In this document: positions 8,344-17,036 of the stretch, in pieces | Position numbering within the stretch: position 1 is the stretch's first letter | Layout: each line of letters opens with the position of its first letter | The notes under the pieces: generated by a model | The model's input: the letters and a program-made list of their open reading frames with translations, nothing else | What the model was told of the DNA's origin: nothing | Database searches by the model: none | Program-made: the position numbers and the translations under genes | From: a bacterium | GTDB taxonomy: Bacteria > Bdellovibrionota_C > UBA2361 > SZUA-149 | Assembly: GCA_030433295.1 (NCBI GenBank) | Contig: JAUIMJ010000041.1 | Location: 1-21,585, forward strand | Direction of reading: 5' to 3' | Length of the DNA stretch: 21,585 nt

Positions 8344-11300
8344 AACTTCTCGACCTCTCTATTGTACGCATGCCGGGGATCGAGCGGCCGATACGCATAC
8401 AGTCCCTTGACGACACATTCAACATAATCCTCGGTGCAAACGCCTCTGGGAAATCGAGCATGTGCCGTGCCGCCCAGGCTCTGCTCTGGGTCAATGCAAT
8501 ACCGAAAGACTCCTATTGGGAGGTGCATAGTCATTGGAGCCAAAAGAACCCCAGTATCTCCGGCCAGACCGAAGACTCTGATGAACGGGCAAACATTGAG
8601 ATCCGTATCAAAGGACAGGAACACCAGGTGCTCCAGTTTGGCACAGAGCGCGAAGCACTTAACGTGCCCTCTGAAGCCCTCCGGGCGTGCTATCTGATTA
8701 CCCTCGAGGATCTTTTTGTATCTGACGGCTCTGATCTTGCTGCGATGATGGCTAATGAAATGGCCGGTGGATTCAACATACACGCTGTTAAGGATAAACC
8801 GCCCGTTCGAGCAAAACGCGTCCACCACGAGTCAAAACAACTAAAACTCGCGCAATCGAACTTCAGAAAAATTGATGCGCAGCAAAAATCACTGAAGCAG
8901 AGCGAGGTCAAACTCGCCCAGCTCAAGGACGACATAGAAAAGTTGCAGGCCAAAGCAAACCTGAAGGACAGTATACAACAAGCGATTGAGCTATACCGCT
9001 TAACCCAGGAAGACGAGGTTCGCACACAGCGACTCTCCAGCTTCCCCAAAGGACTTGAGAGTCTGTATGGCAATGAGCTTTCTGAACTCGATGAACTGCA
9101 GCAAGAGCTAAAGAGGCTTGAGAAAAACGCGCTTGATTACGAGCGACAAATAGAGGAAGCAAAGCTCCAGATCGCGGAACAATCTCTTCCCGAGGATGGG
9201 GTTTCTGACTCAGAAATGGAGGTTCTGCGAACCCTCATCTCGAGCCTGTCCCCCGTTGACCACGCGGTTACGCAACAAAAACAGAAGATACGAAAATGCG
9301 AACAGGCTCTTTCCATTGATGCTCTGGCAGACTCCGCTGACCTGCTGAATGGTCAGGATCCTCGCCCCGAACTCCTGCAAAGACTTTCCGCCCAGGCCTA
9401 CGCCCTGGAAGAAGCCAGTAGTAGAGAAGCACGACTCAGTGCCGAGTTTTCCTTGCTCGAGCGGCGCCTTGATGCGAATCCCCTTGGTGATTTTTCGAGC
9501 ACTGACTACGAGAATGCCCTGAACCTGCTCAACGAGGTGATTGAACAGCATCAGGAGCTCATCAGGAACAGAATCTCCACCGTCACCGTGATTTCTTTCT
9601 TGCTCTTGTGTGTGCTGGCTCTTGCCGGCGGCCATTTCGTTCATCCAGTATTGTACGGGATGGCTGCACTCGGCCTAATAAGCCTCACGCCAGTATGGCA
9701 GGCCATGCGAGGAGCGAGAATAAAACTCGCTGCATGTGAAGAGGCATGTTTGCAGAACTCATTACTGGCAGGGCGTACGGACATCAATGTCGATGAGCCT
9801 GAAACGCTCCGAAACTCTGTCGCGACGCTGAGCACTGAGAAAGCAAAACTTTTAGTAATCGAAGAGCGCAGACAAGGCGAAGAACAACAGTATCAGGTTC
9901 TTGAGCACGAATTCGCAGAAGCGAAGAAATTGACGGCCGGGATTCGCCGTGAGTGCTCCGCTCTCCTTGCGGATCTCGGAGTGCAGTCCGCAGAAGATAG
10001 CTTTTCAATCTCGTTCCTTTCCCGAGACCTGAACCAGCATGCTGAGCGGACCGCGGAACTGCGTGAGGCAGTTTCTTCCTATCGGGCTCGCCTCACTGAG
10101 CGTGAGGAGATCCTTGAGCGAATATCTGTCGTTCTGAAGCCCTTCGGCTATGCCGCTTGTCTCACGACAGAGGAAGCACAGGCTCACGGAAACGCTCTAC
10201 AGAAAAGACGCGACCTTCAGCAAAAGGCTGTTGAACTGCGCAGCAGGGCTCTCAGCGGCCAGAATGAGACAAAGCGTGCTCAGGAGCGATTGGCGAGCAA
10301 GTTTGAGGAACTGTATCGACGGGCAAATTTACCCTCCGGTGCGCGCAGTGAGTTGGAATCCCGCATGAACATGCTTCAGGAATTCAGGGAAACAAAAAAC
10401 GAGGAGGCCGCCGCGCGGGGCACTATACAACATCTTACTGAAAAACTTCGCAGGGAAACTCCGGAACTACTGGAACGCTCACTTCTCGACCTCGACCGTA
10501 ATGCAGTCGAGGCGGAGGCAGCGCTGACTGAGTATCATGAACTTCGTGATGAAGTAGTTAGAATTGAAACGGCGATTGCGGCCACGCGATCCGAACGCTC
10601 ACTGGAAGTGGCGGCCGAAAGTGTTCGGGCCGCAGAAGAACAGCTCAGAGAAGCAGCCCTTGAGAACGCCAAATCTGAACTCTGCTCGCTGCTTCTCGAA
10701 GACATTCAGGCTGAGCACCTGCAAAAGAACCGACCTGAAGTATTTACCAGAAGTTCCCAACTGTTTTCGCAGTTCACCCACGCTCGATATACACTCTCCG
10801 ACATAGCGCCGGACAAACATGGTGCCAGCTTTCGGGTATTCGACGCTCAACAGGGTACGTCCCTGGAACTCTCGCAGCTCTCCTCGGGAACCAAAGCGCA
10901 GATCCTGCTCGCGTGTAAGGTTGCCTTCGCCCAGTCGGCAGAGCGCGGGGATCCAATTCCGCTGTTTTTCGATGAGGCGCTGTCCACCAGTGATCCGCTT
11001 CGCTTCCAGGCCGTTATTGACGCGCTATGCTCCCTCGCTCGTGGCGGCAGGCAGATTCTCTACTTTACCTCTCAACCCAAAGACACACAGGTCATCGCTG
11101 ATCTCTGCGAAAAACAGTCATGTTCGGTAGCGCTTCATACCATCTCTAAGGATATGGAGAGAACGGATGCATCGCTGCTCATCTCGAGCCCACTGTTTGC
11201 GTCTGTTCCTGAGCCGGGTGGCCTGTCGTACGAAGAATATGTGAGAGAACTCAATATCGAACCTCTATCACTCTCCAAAGGCAGTGCCGCAATTCACCTG

Positions 11301-11846
11301 GCGCATCTCACCGATGATAAAGAATTACTGCATTCCTTACTCGAAATGCACATTCAGACATTCGGGCAATTAAAAACGTTGTATGAAAGCGACAGCGGTT
11401 CTGTCTATGTCCCTGATGCGGCATATACTCGCTTGGCTGCTCGGCATCGATTGATCAGCGCCTCATTTGAGCAATGGAAGATTGGTCGCGGGGAGCCGCT
11501 GACCCCGGAAATTATTCAGGAGGCCCTGCCCAAAACGAAGCATCGCGAGAGCATTCTCGATATCTGGAGAGAAACCAGAGACACTATTCGCTTCCTCGAT
11601 GCGATCGATCCCAACAAAGGGAAAGCAGTCTCCAGGTTCAAGGTCTCGCAGTTTGAACAGTTGAAAGATGCTCTGGTCGAACGAGGAAACTTCAGTGAAA
11701 CTCCCCCGCTTTCCGAAGAGGAGTTCCACCGCAACGTTCTGGGTGAAGTGTCAGCAGAGGTTGAAGCAGGCGCACTCAGCACATCTGAGGCGGCTAAAAT
11801 GTCACACGCGCTCTGGGAGCAACTTTCAAACGCCACACTGTATTAG
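8340..11846 (+). CDS. SbcC/Rad50-like ABC-type ATPase with very long coiled coil (B. subtilis YhaN-like). A predicted transmembrane hairpin sits mid-coiled-coil.
   Basis: Walker A GANASGKSS at N-terminus. ~700 aa of heptad-like, charged, Leu/Glu/Arg/Gln-rich sequence. Hydrophobic pair VTVISFLLLCVLALAGGHFV / LYGMAALGLISLTPVW at ~aa 410-457. C-terminal signature LSQLSSGTKAQ and Walker B PLFFDEALS. SD AAGGAGGA upstream; 4-nt overlap with the SbcD-like gene. Confidence 0.8.
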   Translation: MKLLDLSIVRMPGIERPIRIQSLDDTFNIILGANASGKSSMCRAAQALLWVNAIPKDSYWEVHSHWSQKNPSISGQTEDSDERANIEIRIKGQEHQVLQFGTEREALNVPSEALRACYLITLEDLFVSDGSDLAAMMANEMAGGFNIHAVKDKPPVRAKRVHHESKQLKLAQSNFRKIDAQQKSLKQSEVKLAQLKDDIEKLQAKANLKDSIQQAIELYRLTQEDEVRTQRLSSFPKGLESLYGNELSELDELQQELKRLEKNALDYERQIEEAKLQIAEQSLPEDGVSDSEMEVLRTLISSLSPVDHAVTQQKQKIRKCEQALSIDALADSADLLNGQDPRPELLQRLSAQAYALEEASSREARLSAEFSLLERRLDANPLGDFSSTDYENALNLLNEVIEQHQELIRNRISTVTVISFLLLCVLALAGGHFVHPVLYGMAALGLISLTPVWQAMRGARIKLAACEEACLQNSLLAGRTDINVDEPETLRNSVATLSTEKAKLLVIEERRQGEEQQYQVLEHEFAEAKKLTAGIRRECSALLADLGVQSAEDSFSISFLSRDLNQHAERTAELREAVSSYRARLTEREEILERISVVLKPFGYAACLTTEEAQAHGNALQKRRDLQQKAVELRSRALSGQNETKRAQERLASKFEELYRRANLPSGARSELESRMNMLQEFRETKNEEAAARGTIQHLTEKLRRETPELLERSLLDLDRNAVEAEAALTEYHELRDEVVRIETAIAATRSERSLEVAAESVRAAEEQLREAALENAKSELCSLLLEDIQAEHLQKNRPEVFTRSSQLFSQFTHARYTLSDIAPDKHGASFRVFDAQQGTSLELSQLSSGTKAQILLACKVAFAQSAERGDPIPLFFDEALSTSDPLRFQAVIDALCSLARGGRQILYFTSQPKDTQVIADLCEKQSCSVALHTISKDMERTDASLLISSPLFASVPEPGGLSYEEYVRELNIEPLSLSKGSAAIHLAHLTDDKELLHSLLEMHIQTFGQLKTLYESDSGSVYVPDAAYTRLAARHRLISASFEQWKIGRGEPLTPEIIQEALPKTKHRESILDIWRETRDTIRFLDAIDPNKGKAVSRFKVSQFEQLKDALVERGNFSETPPLSEEEFHRNVLGEVSAEVEAGALSTSEAAKMSHALWEQLSNATLY

Positions 11847-11932
11847 CCTAAAGAAATTAGCCCAGAGACATTAACCCAATGAATGTACGCCGGAGACACA
11901 GGTAGTAATCACCGCCAGACTTGGTGTCGAGG

Positions 11933-12331
11933 TCAGTAACTCGGTTTTTGATTGAACTCCGGGTCATTCCAAAGAGAAAATCGATACCAGCACATAAGAA
12001 TCACCAGGAGGACGAGAATACCGCCGACAAACTGCTGCCGATCTGACTTCTCCCCCCTCCCGGAGGCAAAGAACAGTAGAAACATACCCGCACTTCCGGC
12101 AAGAACCATAATAAGACTGGCCGCAGGATGCGTCATGAGGCGCTGAAAAAGCGTCGGCCCACCAATGCTTTCGACCGCGTAGGCTTCATCACCCCATTGG
12201 GCGGACACAGGTTCCACAGCCAGAATAAGCGCTCCAAACACGGCAAGTGAACAACGCAAATAACACTCTGAAAGGAATTGTAAGGGCTTTCGAGGAAAAC
12301 CGTATCGAGCCATTTCTCCTTCCTCCTTCAA
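11933..12331 (-). CDS. Hypothetical small membrane protein (2-3 predicted helices).
   Basis: Hydrophobic stretches LAVFGALILAV, LIMVLAGSAGMFLLFFA, VGGILVLLVILMCWY. No recognisable family. Confidence 0.4.
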   Translation of the reverse strand: MKEEGEMARYGFPRKPLQFLSECYLRCSLAVFGALILAVEPVSAQWGDEAYAVESIGGPTLFQRLMTHPAASLIMVLAGSAGMFLLFFASGRGEKSDRQQFVGGILVLLVILMCWYRFSLWNDPEFNQKPSY

Positions 12332-12423
12332 TTCTTATGTCCGCCCCGGAAAAGGGTACCGGATAAGGGTTCAAGGATACGTTCACAAAGGATACCATCG
12401 CGAATGTCTATCCAGAGACTGCT

Positions 12424-12957
12424 CTAGGCACGAGGAAACAGGCGCGCATGCCATGATTCAGAAAATGGACGGGCAAAGTCACCCAATCTATCGGTGGTAT
12501 CAACGGTGGTATCAAAAACGGTTATATCCGGCGAGAACTCATCCGATTTCACGTAGCTCGCAAAATCTGCTCTGTTCATCTGCTCGACCTCAGCCCCACG
12601 CAAAAAGAATATATCGGAAAGGTCGGCCATCTCATTCCCCCCTGCCGAGAGTTCCTGCCGAACTGCCCCAAACAGAGAGTCTATGGAACAACCGGAGACC
12701 GCTGCCGATTGTTTATCAGCTCCGACCAACACAAAACGTCCATACGCCACCTCGAGCGCCCCTGAAACCGCAGCGCCATGAGCCTCCCAGCCCGCAAGAA
12801 ACGAAGAAAGCCGTGAACTGAGCTCGGCACAACGCGGGTCCGATTTCGACAATGAGGCTCGTAAGGGAAACACCCATAGACGAGAGCCTGGGGCGAGAGT
12901 GGCAAGGCCGGGAAAGGAAGCTCCGGCGTCCTTAGCGGAAATTTCTACATGATCCAT
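12424..12957 (-). CDS. Hypothetical protein (177 aa), family not recognised. Immediately downstream of the AdoMetDC-spermidine synthase fusion on the same strand.
   Basis: Intact ORF with protein-like composition, same strand as and ~100 nt after the speH-speE fusion. No motif I can name with confidence. Confidence 0.45.
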   Translation of the reverse strand: MDHVEISAKDAGASFPGLATLAPGSRLWVFPLRASLSKSDPRCAELSSRLSSFLAGWEAHGAAVSGALEVAYGRFVLVGADKQSAAVSGCSIDSLFGAVRQELSAGGNEMADLSDIFFLRGAEVEQMNRADFASYVKSDEFSPDITVFDTTVDTTDRLGDFARPFSESWHARLFPRA

Positions 12958-13061
12958 TTTTCATTCCCTATGGTGGCACATCGCAAACGACATACGATTG
13001 CAACGCCTGTGTTGATCTTCCGTAAGAATTCGGCCGAACTTCATCAGCACGCTTCGCCGAA

Positions 13062-14141
13062 CTATCCTTTCCGAGCGCTGATAAATCGCCATCGACCAAA
13101 AGCAGATGGTAAATATACCAGTTTTGATCGTATATCAGAAAAATGTGCTGTAATCATTTCCTCAAGCAAGTCGTTGGTGACGCGATCGAACTCTGAACAA
13201 CATTGCAGCACAATCACTCCGCCGTCCGCTAATGACTCAGAAATCCTGTGGAACATCTCGCGAAGATACGTCTCACGGGGCACCTGAGTAAAAGCCTCCG
13301 GATGCATACTAAGGTCGACCACAACGCAGGAATACTCTCCTGGCGAAACGCGAGCCAAAAAGGCCACCACATCGTCATACGTAAGCTTGACTCGAGAATC
13401 ACTAAAGGCGTCACCGCAATGTTCCGGCAGGTATTGCTGGCTCAGAGACACGACCCCCTCATCAATTTCAACCAAGGTTATTGATGCGGGATCATGCTCC
13501 AGCAAGGTCTTCAGAACACCGCCATCCCCACCTCCTAGCAACAAAACATTGGCAAGGTCAGCAGATCGTTCATTGAGCATTTCAAGCATTACCTGACTGT
13601 AACGCTCGGCATCCAGTTCTGCGACCTGCAAATCATCATCCAACACCAGCATTCGACCAAAACGAGTGCTGTCTGCGATACATACTCGCTGGAATGCGGT
13701 AGCGCCGTTATAAATGGTTTTCTCTATCGGCACCCGATGATCCACGCCCTCAGCAGAACTCAGACAGATACTATCTGTTCGCTGAACATCCAGAACATCG
13801 CCTCGTTGAATCAAAGCCCTTCTCACATGGGCGGGAGCAAGGTACGTTACAAAGTGATCGACAATACTCCGTGATTTTTCGGGCTCAGGCGAGCAGGTAA
13901 ATATATCCACGGAAGCATGGGCTGCCTCGGGATACGTGTGAATAACAACGTGAGATTCGCTGATTATCCCCAGAACCGTCAGCCCATGAGGCTCATACGA
14001 ATGGGAGTGAAGGGAGATAAGGCCGAAGCCGGCGCTCTCTATCCCCCTGCGCAAAATCTCGAGCATCCCATCGGCATCACCCAACATTCCCGCAGCACAT
14101 CCCTCAAGTTCTGCCAGAATTTGACTGCCTGCCGGTTTCAT
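13062..14141 (-). CDS. speH-speE: Fusion protein: pyruvoyl-dependent S-adenosylmethionine decarboxylase proenzyme (SpeH/SpeD class 1b, N-terminal ~125 aa) + spermidine synthase-family aminopropyltransferase (C-terminal).
   Basis: N-terminus LAELEGC...LISLHSHSYEPHGLTVLGIISESHVVIHTYPEAAHASVDIFTC closely matches Bacillus-type SpeH, including the ES self-cleavage site. C-terminus has LLLGGGDGGVLKTLLEH...ITLVEIDEGVV...VVVDLS... aminopropyltransferase motifs. Confidence 0.85.
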   Translation of the reverse strand: MKPAGSQILAELEGCAAGMLGDADGMLEILRRGIESAGFGLISLHSHSYEPHGLTVLGIISESHVVIHTYPEAAHASVDIFTCSPEPEKSRSIVDHFVTYLAPAHVRRALIQRGDVLDVQRTDSICLSSAEGVDHRVPIEKTIYNGATAFQRVCIADSTRFGRMLVLDDDLQVAELDAERYSQVMLEMLNERSADLANVLLLGGGDGGVLKTLLEHDPASITLVEIDEGVVSLSQQYLPEHCGDAFSDSRVKLTYDDVVAFLARVSPGEYSCVVVDLSMHPEAFTQVPRETYLREMFHRISESLADGGVIVLQCCSEFDRVTNDLLEEMITAHFSDIRSKLVYLPSAFGRWRFISARKG

Positions 14142-14471
14142 TTCGCATTCTCAGGTTTACTAGGGCCCCGCGTATACTTGCTTCGGCCAGAGGACATAAC
14201 ACGGACCGAGGAAAGATCCATGCCCAAAACTTAGATAAACTACACGGTTATTCCTGCCGACGCTACCGCTAAGCCCAGCTTTTACGGTTGCTGCCCCTGG
14301 CACAAACCTGTACCATTACCGTAGTTTATCAGACATCTGTGACCACCCGCGTGGATGATGCTTTGGAAGCCTGCCCATCGACTGGCTTAAAGCCCGGGCG
14401 GATGCTGTGTAATTCGCCGCTTTTGGAGTGCTCGAAACTTGGCGCAAAACAGAACAAGTGACAGAACGACC

Positions 14472-15212
14472 ATGCCCTTGCGGGCCTGCACCCTGCTGAT
14501 GCTTATCTCGGTGCTCTTCCCCCTCAGCGCCTGCAAGGAGGATGTGTATCTTGGTACCAGCGCGGAGCGGGTTGCCAGTGGTGGCGGTACTGACGGCAGC
14601 GGAACCTCAAGTGGAGGGGATGCGGACGATGACGCCGACGCTCTGAGCAACGAAGTAGAGGAGAGTTTCGATCTCGACCCCCGCAAAGCTGACTCTGATC
14701 ATGACGGCATCGCAGACGGACTTGAGTTTGTCGGTGACGGCGGAGATCCACTAAATGGCAGTGCCACACCCAATTCCCTAAACAGAGTTAAAGTGCTGAG
14801 TAGCTCGGACATCGTTCTCAATGACCCGGACCGGGACGGCGATGGTCTGGGGAGTATTTTTGAAGACGAGAATGACCTCGACGATACTGATCCGGATATC
14901 GACGACGACGGGTATAGTGATGGCATTGAACTCGTCGCCAATTCGAACCCCTTTCTCGCCGACGACAGACCGACCAGGGATGCACCTCCCGCAAGCGATG
15001 GCATAGACCGGACAGGTAGCGCCCCGGTCGACTCAGATGGTGATGGAATTTCTGACCAGCTGGAATCTCTTAATGGTACGATTTCCACGCAGCAGGACAC
15101 GGACAGTGATGGATTCAGTGACGGGATCGAGCTGCTTATGGGCAGCGACGAGACGGACAACGCAAGCGTGCCAAATTTTGGGGTTCCCGCCAGACCGGAG
15201 AGCCTTAGTTGA
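14472..15212 (+). CDS. Lipoprotein with multiple thrombospondin-type-3-like calcium-binding Asp repeats.
   Basis: Signal peptide plus lipobox (LFPLSAC). At least five DxDxDGxxDxxE-type repeats: DSDHDGIADGLE, DRDGDGLGSIFEDE, DIDDDGYSDGIE, DSDGDGISDQLE, DTDSDGFSDGIE. ATG at 14472 preferred over the upstream TTG (14439). Confidence 0.7.
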   Translation: MPLRACTLLMLISVLFPLSACKEDVYLGTSAERVASGGGTDGSGTSSGGDADDDADALSNEVEESFDLDPRKADSDHDGIADGLEFVGDGGDPLNGSATPNSLNRVKVLSSSDIVLNDPDRDGDGLGSIFEDENDLDDTDPDIDDDGYSDGIELVANSNPFLADDRPTRDAPPASDGIDRTGSAPVDSDGDGISDQLESLNGTISTQQDTDSDGFSDGIELLMGSDETDNASVPNFGVPARPESLS

Positions 15213-15316
15213 GACCGATCGACCGCGGAGAACATCCAATACTCAGGTATACTCCCATACGTCGCCGAACACGAAGATCAAAGTTTTAGAACGGAAGGAA
15301 CAGAAACGGTATTATC

Positions 15317-16162
15317 ATGATTCTGCGAAAAACAATTGTAACCTGTGCTTTACTTGGCTCTATGAGTGTCTTTGCGCCAACGCCCGTAACTGCAGAAACT
15401 ACGGATTTTGGTGGATACCCGGATCGCTTCCGGGCAGGCGGTGATCAAACACCGCCTCGGTGCCAGATTGACGCCCCGCGCTCAGCCACTTCCTCGTTCT
15501 TTGTGCAGTGGGATTGTGACGATGATGTAAGTCCGGACGATGAAATACGGACCGAACTCTGGTTGTTGCGTCGAGGCGCCCCAACCACGGTCAAGATTGC
15601 CGACTTTCTCGGATTCCCGGCCTCGGTCCAAATCAATGAAGCAATTCTTCAGTCTGAAAGCTTTACCGATGGGCTTCCGATTACGCTTCGTCTCCTCGCT
15701 CGAGACAGAGCAGGAAACGGCTCGCTGTCACCCTTTTTAACTATCCTCGGTCAGGACAACTCAGTCGATACCTGTGATCTGGTCTTGCTGACAGACACCA
15801 CCGAGTCTGATGGCGGAACGACTGGCCTGCCTTCCATGTCGGTAGTCCTCGACAACGCCATGGTAAGCAGTCAACAAAGCAGCAATGTCGATCTACGAAT
15901 ATCAACACCAATCGCAGCAACCGCAGACCCCTGCGAAATCGACAGCGTATGCTCTGACGGTTCAGTTAACTTCGTAGCAACGATTCTTATCGATGACGAT
16001 AACAATGCCACCGCGAGCATCAGTATTACGCCCGGCTCAGTACTGGCCAACGTCAGTGGCAGCGCGGTAGTAAACGGTACTGACCTGTCGAGTTTAAGCC
16101 TTCAGGGCACGACCGTCATCGATAACGTGGTTACCAGCGTCTCTCTGAGCTGTCAGCAGTAG
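15317..16162 (+). CDS. Secreted hypothetical protein (signal peptide, Ser/Thr/Asp-rich, several Cys).
   Basis: N-terminal signal peptide MILRKTIVTCALLGSMSVFAPTPVTA. No recognisable catalytic motif. Co-directional with and 104 nt after the TSP3 lipoprotein. Confidence 0.55.
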   Translation: MILRKTIVTCALLGSMSVFAPTPVTAETTDFGGYPDRFRAGGDQTPPRCQIDAPRSATSSFFVQWDCDDDVSPDDEIRTELWLLRRGAPTTVKIADFLGFPASVQINEAILQSESFTDGLPITLRLLARDRAGNGSLSPFLTILGQDNSVDTCDLVLLTDTTESDGGTTGLPSMSVVLDNAMVSSQQSSNVDLRISTPIAATADPCEIDSVCSDGSVNFVATILIDDDNNATASISITPGSVLANVSGSAVVNGTDLSSLSLQGTTVIDNVVTSVSLSCQQ

Positions 16163-16229
16163 CTATATACTTCAGACTCTGTACTTCTGCATTCTCTGCT
16201 TCCTCACTCCCAGGGGTAGTGGCGAAGGT

Positions 16230-16260
16230 GCGCGCTGCGTTCAGTGCCTGAGAAGCGCGC
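16230..16260. terminator. GC-rich hairpin (GCGCGCT-N17-AGCGCGC) between convergent genes (secreted protein on +, lgt on -). Possible bidirectional terminator, but no U-tract.
   Basis: Inverted repeat read from sequence. Overlaps the lgt stop codon. Confidence 0.3.
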
Positions 16261-17036
16261 TAGCGAACGTCTCCTCGCTTGAAATACATAAGCGCCAGGC
16301 CGGGCAGGCAAATCGCAATAGCGACAATTTGGGCCTGCGTGAGAGGCCCAAAAATGCGCGGCTCAATGCGAATAATTTCTACGAGGAACCTGGCAAGAGA
16401 CGAAAGAAACAGATACAGGCCGAACAACTGCCCGGCACCTGGCAGGATACGACGAGTTGCCGGAGATAGCAGAATAAACGCGATGCAGAGGGCCCCGAAA
16501 CTTTCATACACAGGGGCCGGATGATGTAGGACTCCGGGCTCGGTAGGTATCACTCCGTGGACATACTGCATGCCCCAGGGCAGCTGCGTTGGCCCACCAT
16601 AATCCCCGTCCCCGGATAATTGGCAGCCAATCCTCCCTACCGCATAGCCACCCGCAAGTGATGGTGCGGCGAGGTCCCCGAAAACGACAAAGTCCTTTCC
16701 CTCTCTACGCAGGAGAAGCCAGACACCAAGAGCACCACCGATAAAACCACCATAGAAGACAAAGCCAGCTCCCCCAAAAAGAGTCGCAAGGGGCGCATCA
16801 AAAAATGCCTGGGGATAGCTGATGATATACCCCACACGGGCGCCAACAATACCCCCGACCGCTGCCCAGGTGACCATGTCTTCGGCCAGCTCACCGGGCT
16901 CACCGGCCGCAAGCAAACTCAGCTGCAGTCGTCGCCAGGCCGCCAGAAACGCACAAACCATCATCAGGCCAAAGCTATGCAGCGGGAGTGCGAAATCAAG
17001 CAGTGGAAGAGGAATTTCAAAAAGAGTAGGTATCAC
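16260..17036 (-). CDS. lgt: Prolipoprotein diacylglyceryl transferase.
   Basis: Multi-pass membrane protein with the Lgt signature region GRIGCQLSGDGDYGGPTQLPWGM and N-terminal FGLMMVCAFLAAW resembling WYGLMY. GTG start overlaps the upstream tlpA-like stop (GTGA). Confidence 0.85.
   Translation of the reverse strand: MIPTLFEIPLPLLDFALPLHSFGLMMVCAFLAAWRRLQLSLLAAGEPGELAEDMVTWAAVGGIVGARVGYIISYPQAFFDAPLATLFGGAGFVFYGGFIGGALGVWLLLRREGKDFVVFGDLAAPSLAGGYAVGRIGCQLSGDGDYGGPTQLPWGMQYVHGVIPTEPGVLHHPAPVYESFGALCIAFILLSPATRRILPGAGQLFGLYLFLSSLARFLVEIIRIEPRIFGPLTQAQIVAIAICLPGLALMYFKRGDVR

Noticed and set aside
8223-8828. 201-aa minus-strand ORF spanning the sbcD/sbcC-like junction.
   Set aside because: It is antisense to two motif-supported, translationally coupled genes. 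The Arg/Ser-rich product has no start context.
14699-15235. 178-aa Ser/Pro-rich minus-strand ORF.
   Set aside because: It is the antisense reading of the GAC/GAT-rich TSP3 Asp repeats, i.e. a low-complexity artifact.
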